Both the position numbers and the translations under genes were made by a program. Below are positions 23,249-29,523 of a stretch of DNA of 29,523 bases, one piece after another. Numbering within the stretch: position 1 is the stretch's first letter; every line of letters starts with the position of its first letter. This stretch comes from a virus, in the IMG/VR virus record IMGVR_UViG_3300020612_000013; one strand, given 5' to 3'. The notes below the pieces were generated by a model. That model had not been told where the DNA came from. It did no database searches and saw only the letters and a program-made list of their open reading frames with translations.

Positions 23249-26014
23249 TCACACGTAAGCCAACGCGTTCAAAGCGTCACGCTGCTGCCGCTCAATCCGC
23301 TTCGCAAACTCGTTAGGATCCCCATACGTGGGTCCATTCACATTCACCACAACACTCTTCTCGCTCATACGCTGATACCTGCCATACGGGGTAAACGAGC
23401 CCACAGACGATCGCACACCAAACCGGGCATCCACAGCATACGGAAGCCGTCCCGCCATATCAGACATAGCATCCAACGCCAAACCCGCATTACCAGTAAT
23501 ACCCTCAGCCAAACCGGCAACAACCTGCCGGCCAACCTGGTCACGAAACACCCTCGACGGGGAATGAATACCCAACACCGACTTCGCCGCATTAGCAACC
23601 TGAGAACCCATATTACGCACCGTATCCAACAAGCCACTCATAGCATTCCGGATACCATTACCCAAGCCAGACACCACATCACGGCCAGCAGACACCAACA
23701 GGGACCCCATATTACCAAGCGCACGCCGAATATTGCCAGGCAAATTCCGGAAAAAACCCAACACACCATGCACACCACTAGACACAGCGGACCCCATAGC
23801 ATGCATAGCAGAAGAAGCCACACTCCTCGCAGCGTTAAACCCGGACGAGGCAGCACCACGAACCCGAGAAGCCATCGAACTGAAAAACCCGCCAACAGCA
23901 GACGCCACCGAAGACACAACACTCCGAATCGCACCCATCGCAGAAGAAACGGCACCACGGGCCGCGTTAAAACCAGACCTCACATGAGAAGCAACCGAAG
24001 AACCAAGCCGGGCAAAAAACCCCACAACCGCGTTCACTCCGCCAGAAATCACCGACTTGAAACCGTTAATAAACGCTGACGTAAACGCCCTAATATGATT
24101 CCAGCCAGCCTGAATAACCGAACCCATACGTGCCACACCCGACACCAAATGGCCCACAACCCATGAGATGACACGGGTGACAGTCCCAATAATGCGGGCT
24201 GCAGCAGACACAATAGCGCCAAGAATACGTGCAACAAACCCGATCACAGCTGTCACAATCGGCATCACAACCGGAATAATGCGGGCCACCACCTGCAACA
24301 CAACCGAAACAACCTGCATCACCACACGCATAACAGACATGATGACTGGTATCAGCGACCGGATCAGGCCGATGATAGGCGGCAACACAGACATGACCGC
24401 ACCCAAAATCTGTTGAATCACAGGCATCAAAACAGGCACCAACTGCATGATCACGCCAACAACCTGCCGTATCACAGCAACAACAGCCTGCAACACCGGC
24501 ATCAACGCCGGCAACAACATGGCAGCAACCTGCGTCACCGCACCAATAATCTGCGTGATCACAGGAACCAGCCGGGCAACCAACATACTAATCAAAGGCA
24601 CAATCTGGGCAGCCAAACCGGCAACCATGCCGATAATCTGCCCAAACACTGGCGCCAACCGTGCCACCAAACCAGCAATTAGACCAAACAGTGGCTGCAC
24701 AGCCGCCATAATCTGCCCCAAAGCCTGACCAACCACAGCCACAAGCTGCATAACAGCGGCACGGAACTGGGCGTTAGTGGCAAACATTGCCGCAAACAGC
24801 CCGATCACAATCCCGACAGGGCCACCCAGGGCGCGAAACACGCCGCCAAGCCCCCCGGCGGCACCCCTCAAAGCGCCAAATGACGGCAACAGATTCTTCA
24901 ACGACACCGCCAACGGGGCAAACCCCGCAACAAGCTTCCCCACACCGGCAGCCACAACACCAAACACCGCCGTGCCGCCAGCAAACATGGCAGCCAAATT
25001 CACCTTCGGGACAGGCAAATGCATTCTCGCAAAAATGCCCTTCAACTGCTCTACCTTGGCGCGCATCTGTGCATTCATTCGAGTGATCATAGCCGGCATG
25101 CGATTAATCCACGCCAAAATAGACGGCATCACCCGCTGAATCCCCTGATCCACCGACGCAAACAGGGGCTTCACAGAATCCGTCACCGACTTGATAACCG
25201 GATTCAACGCAACAAAAATCTGCCGCAGGCCGTTAAGAAACGGCGCCATAGCCGTAGCACCCAGATAGCCCAGGGCGCCCTTAACATTCTTCATAGCGCC
25301 CTCAAACGTCTTACCAGACGCCTGCGCAGCACCACCCATGCCAAGCTTCATCGCAGCCGCAAACGTGGCAAAATCAATCTGCCCCTTCGACACCATCTGC
25401 GACACCTCAGCAGACGTTTTACCCGTCTGCCTGGCAAGTAAAGACAGAACAGGAACACCCGCCATAGTAAGCTGCAACATGTCATCGCCCTGCAACTTAC
25501 CGCGAGCCATAACCGACGTAAAAATAGCGCCCGTATCCTGAAACGACTTACCCGAAATATAAGACACATCGGCGACAGTCTTCAACACATCCGTCATCTG
25601 CCCGCCAGACTTCACACCAGAAGCAGACAACGCCGCCGCAGTAGAAGCCGCATCCCCCAACGCATACGACGTACCAGTCACAGCCTCAATAGCCGAATTC
25701 ATAATCGAAGACGTGTCAGAAGACGTATGACCCAAACCAGTCAACTTAGCCTGAGCCTCATCAATAGCCATAGCGCGAGCAATACCGCCACCAATAGTCA
25801 CATCATAAATCGACTTGAGACCCTTCTTAGCAACACTAATAGCGCCCATCATTGCGGCGCCACCCAAAGCCAACTTCATGCCTTTAGCAAAAAGACTACC
25901 CGAACGCTGACCCTCAGCAGGCATCACCCCGGAAAGCTGTTTACCAACATCAGCCTTCAAACCAGGCATCTTCGTATACAACGACACATATGCGGAAGCA
26001 ATCTCACCAGACAT
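23249..26014 (-). CDS. Tape measure protein
   Basis: 921 aa, the largest ORF, directly after the chaperone pair. It has a long Ala/Val/Ile/Gly-rich helical core with internal repeats such as GFNAAR..SSAM twice. Confidence 0.9.
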   Translation of the reverse strand: MSGEIASAYVSLYTKMPGLKADVGKQLSGVMPAEGQRSGSLFAKGMKLALGGAAMMGAISVAKKGLKSIYDVTIGGGIARAMAIDEAQAKLTGLGHTSSDTSSIMNSAIEAVTGTSYALGDAASTAAALSASGVKSGGQMTDVLKTVADVSYISGKSFQDTGAIFTSVMARGKLQGDDMLQLTMAGVPVLSLLARQTGKTSAEVSQMVSKGQIDFATFAAAMKLGMGGAAQASGKTFEGAMKNVKGALGYLGATAMAPFLNGLRQIFVALNPVIKSVTDSVKPLFASVDQGIQRVMPSILAWINRMPAMITRMNAQMRAKVEQLKGIFARMHLPVPKVNLAAMFAGGTAVFGVVAAGVGKLVAGFAPLAVSLKNLLPSFGALRGAAGGLGGVFRALGGPVGIVIGLFAAMFATNAQFRAAVMQLVAVVGQALGQIMAAVQPLFGLIAGLVARLAPVFGQIIGMVAGLAAQIVPLISMLVARLVPVITQIIGAVTQVAAMLLPALMPVLQAVVAVIRQVVGVIMQLVPVLMPVIQQILGAVMSVLPPIIGLIRSLIPVIMSVMRVVMQVVSVVLQVVARIIPVVMPIVTAVIGFVARILGAIVSAAARIIGTVTRVISWVVGHLVSGVARMGSVIQAGWNHIRAFTSAFINGFKSVISGGVNAVVGFFARLGSSVASHVRSGFNAARGAVSSAMGAIRSVVSSVASAVGGFFSSMASRVRGAASSGFNAARSVASSAMHAMGSAVSSGVHGVLGFFRNLPGNIRRALGNMGSLLVSAGRDVVSGLGNGIRNAMSGLLDTVRNMGSQVANAAKSVLGIHSPSRVFRDQVGRQVVAGLAEGITGNAGLALDAMSDMAGRLPYAVDARFGVRSSVGSFTPYGRYQRMSEKSVVVNVNGPTYGDPNEFAKRIERQQRDALNALAYV

Positions 26015-26021
26015 ACACTAT

Positions 26022-26429
26022 TCACCCCATAATATCAATCTCGCGAGACACCCCGCCACCGGCACGAACACGCGCCAAAATATCGTCCACCTGCCCAGAC
26101 GTAAACCGGGCCCTACGCTCATCCGTAGGCCTCGCCACAGGCTCCGGCTGCCCCTCACTATTAGCAGACCTGTAATGATCCAGCATATCCAACACAGCCC
26201 ACTCGCACCACTCAAACGGGCGCTGCCAACCATTCAGGTGGGCCGCCAACTGACAAGACGTATCGGTACACAACACGCCAGCCAGCCGAACAGCCTCACC
26301 CCAACACATCTGCGGGCCACCAACACTATAAACAGAAACACCAAACTTGGTGCGGAAATCGTATTCGATGGCCCCACGATAATCATCAATCAGGCCGTGG
26401 AGCCAAACTATTCCCCCAGCGAGGCACCC
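26022..26429 (-). CDS. Tail assembly chaperone, -1 frame extension (T-like part), expected to be made as a fusion with the 26408-26704 product
   Basis: I translated this frame by hand. It is open from 26429 down to the stop at 26022 (GCLAGGIVWLHGLIDDYRGAIEYDFRTKFGVSVYSVGGPQMCWGEAV...). It has no plausible start of its own before M at 26309 and overlaps the upstream ORF by 22 nt at a G5 run. Confidence 0.7.
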   Translation of the reverse strand, partial: GCLAGGIVWLHGLIDDYRGAIEYDFRTKFGVSVYSVGGPQMCWGEAVRLAGVLCTDTSCQLAAHLNGWQRPFEWCEWAVLDMLDHYRSANSEGQPEPVARPTDERRARFTSGQVDDILARVRAGGGVSREIDIMG

Positions 26430-26704
26430 TTACCGTCAGGCTTGTATTCCATCCACTCACGGAAAACCTCCGCCACACGAACCATAGGAAGCCCCTCCAG
26501 GGCCTCCACCGCGTCAGCTGGGGCGGCAGCCTCCAACATAGAAAACATCACCTCAACCTGAGCGAAATCCGCCGACTCCCCCGACTGGGCAATCCTGGCG
26601 GCACGGCGAAAAACGCGGGCAGGAACAGCCTGCGCCGTCTCTTCCGCATCCGCCAACACCCAACTACGGTCACCAATCTTTAACGTGAAACCAGTATCAC
26701 TCAT
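26408..26704 (-). CDS. Tail assembly chaperone (G-like part)
   Basis: 98-aa acidic ORF between the major tail protein and the tape measure. It ends ...GKGASLGE* with CUGGGGGAAUAG. Confidence 0.8.
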   Translation of the reverse strand: MSDTGFTLKIGDRSWVLADAEETAQAVPARVFRRAARIAQSGESADFAQVEVMFSMLEAAAPADAVEALEGLPMVRVAEVFREWMEYKPDGKGASLGE

Positions 26705-26731
26705 CTATCAACAATCCCCTAAAATCGTGTA

Positions 26732-27358
26732 TCAGTTACCGGACGGAGGATTCGGATCCGGCTGAGGCTTCGGAGGATTCGGGGGAGTATCAGCTTTTAA
26801 AGCCGTCATCCACCCCCGACCAGACACCGCATTACCAGTCTTATTAATCTGAGCAGGGTAAGCCTTCAACGTCACACCATACCCGTACACTTCGCCGTTC
26901 TTACCCTTAATCTCGTCACGATCGATAAGCTCAACCTCAGGGAAATAGTAGCGAATAACCTGATCCCCATCAACAATATCCATCAACAGGGCGTGCACGC
27001 CAGTGGTGGCACCAGGAGAAATATCGAACGAACCCGAATCGGATCCGGCAGTAACCTTCGACTGCCAAAACAGCTCGATAACCTCTTTCTTGGATTCGAT
27101 CAGCTGGAAAGAAATCTCGATAGACGACTCGGTGGCAACAGTGCGAACAACATCCGCATTCTGCCAAGCCTTCAAATCATCCGTTTTACGCTCAGGCTTA
27201 ATCTTAAACCCATCATCAGACAGATACCCTAAAGCTGTAAGCCCGGAAGGAACCGCCTCCACACCCTTAATAGTATCACCCGCGTGCGCGTCACCAATAT
27301 AAACGTCGCCAGTAACAGCAGAGCGAACATTAGACGCTTTACGTGTTGCAACCATCAT
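26732..27358 (-). CDS. Major tail protein
   Basis: About 208 aa from ATG 27358, with a second ATG at 27355. The track start at 27367 is TTG. GGGGG lies just upstream. The gene precedes the chaperone pair and has a Pro-rich C-terminal tail. Confidence 0.85.
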   Translation of the reverse strand: MMVATRKASNVRSAVTGDVYIGDAHAGDTIKGVEAVPSGLTALGYLSDDGFKIKPERKTDDLKAWQNADVVRTVATESSIEISFQLIESKKEVIELFWQSKVTAGSDSGSFDISPGATTGVHALLMDIVDGDQVIRYYFPEVELIDRDEIKGKNGEVYGYGVTLKAYPAQINKTGNAVSGRGWMTALKADTPPNPPKPQPDPNPPSGN

Positions 27359-27414
27359 AACCCCCAAAAAACAATAAAACTAAAAAACAATCAAACTAAA
27401 AATCAACAATATGC

Positions 27415-27786
27415 TTACTCGGATTCGACAGGCCTACATATCAGCTCAAAAAGCGAATACACATCAAAACGTGCACCATCAACCAGCAAATCAGGGCCAG
27501 TAGACCGTTTACAGTACACCACCGGATCCCCGTCCACACCGTCAGCCAGCACAGCCTCAACACGACGCGCCAAAGACATAGCCCGATCAGGCGTATCAGA
27601 AAACACATTCACGCGCAAAAAAACACGCTCACGCACATGCAACTGTGGGCCACCATCCAACGCCAACCAGATCAGGTCACCGCTGAAATCGTCGGGTACC
27701 GTCCCTGTACACGGTATATCGGACAGCCAGCCATCATCCTTGAGCACGCGTTTAGCCCACACGCGAGGATCACCGTAAACGATCAC
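27415..27786 (-). CDS. Tail terminator-position protein (123 aa)
   Basis: Last of four small connector ORFs before the major tail gene. Its start overlaps the previous stop. Confidence 0.6.
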   Translation of the reverse strand: MIVYGDPRVWAKRVLKDDGWLSDIPCTGTVPDDFSGDLIWLALDGGPQLHVRERVFLRVNVFSDTPDRAMSLARRVEAVLADGVDGDPVVYCKRSTGPDLLVDGARFDVYSLFELICRPVESE

Positions 27787-28073
27787 GACGCAGCCCCAAT
27801 CGACCGGGCCAGCGTGCCATGCTTCGCCTCAATCCTTTTACCACCCTTATATGTGGTGCCAATCCTCGCCACAGCCTCAACACGGTGAACCTGCACCTCC
27901 GACGACAAACCATTACGGTATTGGGCCTTATCGAAAGCGTTACCGCCCACATTCGCCGAGGCTGCACGCTTGACACGCTCGCCACGCTCAGCCAACATTG
28001 CCTGCACCCCAGGTGACTTCAACACCTCACGAATACCCGGCAAGTTCAGCTTCACATTCACATCCTGATCCAC
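27783..28073 (-). CDS. HK97 gp10-like neck / tail-completion protein (96 aa)
   Basis: MDQDVNVKLNLPGIREVLKSPGVQAMLAERGERVKRAA... resembles the HK97 gp10 family N-terminus. The position also fits. Confidence 0.65.
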   Translation of the reverse strand: MDQDVNVKLNLPGIREVLKSPGVQAMLAERGERVKRAASANVGGNAFDKAQYRNGLSSEVQVHRVEAVARIGTTYKGGKRIEAKHGTLARSIGAAS

Positions 28074-28079
28074 AACCTA

Positions 28080-28427
28080 TCAGCCCTTCTTGCGCTTCAC
28101 ATTAATCTGTGTACCCGCATCCCAGCCAGACATCGGATGATGCCACACTATAGGAGACCCGTCAGCCTCCCACACAACACCCCGAATACGCCAACGACAC
28201 CGATAACCGGCACCCTTGACAGGCTGCTTGAACAGCATCGACCAATGCTCATAATCCGAGTCACGGCCGGCAGCCTCATCCTCCTGCGACAACGAAGAAT
28301 AGATGGCCACATTATGATACACAGTCTCGACAGGCTTAGACCAGTCTTCCACCTTGTCGCCCAGATCATCGACACGAACAGTCGGCTGAAGCATCACAAC
28401 CGTTTCACCATAAGGAAAACCAGTCAT
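28080..28427 (-). CDS. Head-tail joining (head closure) protein (115 aa)
   Basis: ATG 28427 is preceded by GGGAGA and lies 1 nt after the previous stop. I reject the 167-aa version in the track (start 28583) because it overlaps the upstream gene. Confidence 0.7.
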   Translation of the reverse strand: MTGFPYGETVVMLQPTVRVDDLGDKVEDWSKPVETVYHNVAIYSSLSQEDEAAGRDSDYEHWSMLFKQPVKGAGYRCRWRIRGVVWEADGSPIVWHHPMSGWDAGTQINVKRKKG

Positions 28428-28428
28428 A

Positions 28429-28890
28429 TCATATCTCCCACAAAGGGCCAGCGTAGCCGTTAATATCAGAACCGCACGAGCAACCCTCACCCCACACAGT
28501 AGAACACACCTCAGAATGTGCATATCTACTATTAATGGTCGGTGTGATAGTGAACGCTTTACCAGCCCCACCATCACCCTCACACAACTTCTTCAACGCA
28601 GCAATCTCAGAAGGCCACAACAAATTCGTGGGAGTATTCGACCGTGTAGTCTGAGCAAACGGGCCCGCAGACTCATACTGCACCTGGCCAGAAACACCCG
28701 TATCATTCCAGCGCAACAAAGCCCTGCGCAGAATAGCCTTAGCGGCATCCCTATATTTGAAATCCGGTTTAGCGATACAGGGGGCGACACTGACAGCCAC
28801 AGCCTCCACATCAGCAATCATCGCCTCAAGCTTCTCCCTAGGAATATCGGCGAAAGGCTCAATATCCTCAGGCCTCAAAATGATACCCAT
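28429..28890 (-). CDS. Head-tail connector (gp6/SPP1 gp15-like) protein
   Basis: I prefer ATG 28890 (MGIILRPEDIEPFADIPREKLEAMIADVEAVAVSVAPCI...), with AGGGGG upstream. GTG 28908 is an alternative start. Confidence 0.7.
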   Translation of the reverse strand: MGIILRPEDIEPFADIPREKLEAMIADVEAVAVSVAPCIAKPDFKYRDAAKAILRRALLRWNDTGVSGQVQYESAGPFAQTTRSNTPTNLLWPSEIAALKKLCEGDGGAGKAFTITPTINSRYAHSEVCSTVWGEGCSCGSDINGYAGPLWEI

Positions 28891-28937
28891 CAACACCACC
28901 CCCTGCACACAGCATAAACATTACCGCAACAAATGAA

Positions 28938-29523
28938 TCAGTTACCAGCCGGCGGATTAGGCTTCGGGGCAGCCTTCTCCTTCACAACAGCAAACGAATC
29001 AAGCGACTCGATAGCCACATACAGCACAGCCTCGGCGCGAACCATAACCTCATTATGGCCCTTCAAATCGCGCCCAGTCTGATCCGGATCACCATACTCG
29101 ATCAGCTCGATCGGGAAGTTACGCTGGAAACCCCAATGAACACGAGAGAAATCACCAACAATAGCCTTAACACCCGAGGCAGGCGACATCTCCGGGGCAC
29201 CCGAAACAGTCGAAGAAGCACCAACATTCAGGCCGCGCCAATTATCCAAACCGGCGAAACCGGCGGCAGGATACATCGGCTGACCGGCAAGCGGCGACCC
29301 CTTCGGATACACCTCAGTCGACAGAGCAAACGAGAACGCCGGATCCAAAGCAACACCGTTAGGAACCTGCAAACCGGCCCCAGCGATAAGGCCGACAGCC
29401 TTAACAAGATCGGTCGTAGCAGAATCCGTGGCATCAACAATATGCTTCGTCTTATCCAGCGAAGACTGGACAGCCGCAGCAGGCTTACCAGTGGCAGGAT
29501 CAATACCATGGAAAGCAATCAGA
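28938..29523 (-). CDS. Major capsid protein, C-terminal part (5'-truncated by the window edge; joins 417-1)
   Basis: The frame is open from the window end to the stop at 28938. It ends ...VVKEKAAPKPNPPAGN. The last 55 nt duplicate 1-55. Confidence 0.9.
   Translation of the reverse strand, partial: LIAFHGIDPATGKPAAAVQSSLDKTKHIVDATDSATTDLVKAVGLIAGAGLQVPNGVALDPAFSFALSTEVYPKGSPLAGQPMYPAAGFAGLDNWRGLNVGASSTVSGAPEMSPASGVKAIVGDFSRVHWGFQRNFPIELIEYGDPDQTGRDLKGHNEVMVRAEAVLYVAIESLDSFAVVKEKAAPKPNPPAGN
29469..29523. repeat. Terminal overlap, copy 2 (identical to 1-55)
   Basis: Direct comparison of the two window ends. Confidence 0.9.

Noticed and set aside
21902-24079. A very long plus-strand ORF (725 aa) opposite the minor tail and tape measure genes. 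Similar plus-strand ORFs occur at 40-1023, 1017-1637, 2169-2804, 2835-3386, 3383-4795, 20569-21288, 24413-25441 and 27284-27778.
   Set aside because: The translations are low-complexity His/Thr/Arg/Pro/Gln strings without motifs or ribosome-binding sites. They lie antisense to ORFs with clear structural-protein features. The plus strand here is T- and G-poor, which suppresses stop codons and creates shadow ORFs.
28080-28583. The 167-aa version of the head-tail joining ORF.
   Set aside because: Its first 52 codons overlap the 3' end of the connector gene in another frame. ATG 28427 has a GGGAGA RBS and lies 1 nt after the upstream stop.
1-29523. A search by eye for integrase, CI/Cro-type immunity cassette, tRNA genes, toxin-antitoxin pairs, or known defence or anti-defence systems (CRISPR-Cas, R-M, Abi, retron, CBASS, Acr/Aca).
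   Set aside because: I recognised no catalytic motifs or gene pairs of these kinds. The small HTH ORFs (15033, 16907) are not adjacent to a divergent repressor-like gene. The absence of a lysogeny module agrees with what is known for this phage group. Only profile searches could exclude cryptic members.

Overview
This window is a complete, circularly permuted genome of a PA6-like Cutibacterium (Propionibacterium) acnes siphovirus (Pahexavirus-type layout), given as the reverse complement of the usual orientation. Positions 1-55 are identical to 29469-29523, so the unique length is 29,468 bp, and the junction falls inside the major capsid gene. The minus strand carries the late arm. In transcription order this is HNH endonuclease (5429-5124), the cos site (5062-5072), small and large terminase, portal, MuF-like protein and scaffold (down to 424). 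The capsid gene follows, wrapping from 417-1 into 29468-28938. Then come four head-tail connector proteins, the major tail protein, frameshifted tail chaperones, the tape measure, minor tail proteins, a collagen-like protein, the amidase endolysin and the holin (down to 17887). The plus strand carries the early/replication arm (7648-17801), about 22 tightly packed genes. These include a Cas4-like exonuclease, a MazG-like protein, a DnaB-like ATPase, an Hjc-like nuclease, a DnaG primase split over two frames, a metallophosphoesterase, and two ORFs resembling sigma-70 regions 2 and 4. The two arms converge on a compound hairpin at 17824-17872. I recognise no integrase, repressor, tRNA, CRISPR array or defence or anti-defence system. 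The least explained part is a 2.2-kb ORF-poor region (5430-7647). It contains a block of about 23 % G+C made of degenerate repeats and a strongly over-represented CTGATG hexamer. It also contains a loop-flipped inverted hairpin pair, a 14-bp-stem hairpin, purine/pyrimidine tracts and a 12-14-bp CTAGAATCGATC element in three copies. Also notable are a genome-wide strand compositional asymmetry that ignores transcription direction and reverses only next to cos, a possible split sigma factor, and a promoter-lipoprotein unit. All functional calls rest on reading motifs and synteny by eye. No database search was possible.
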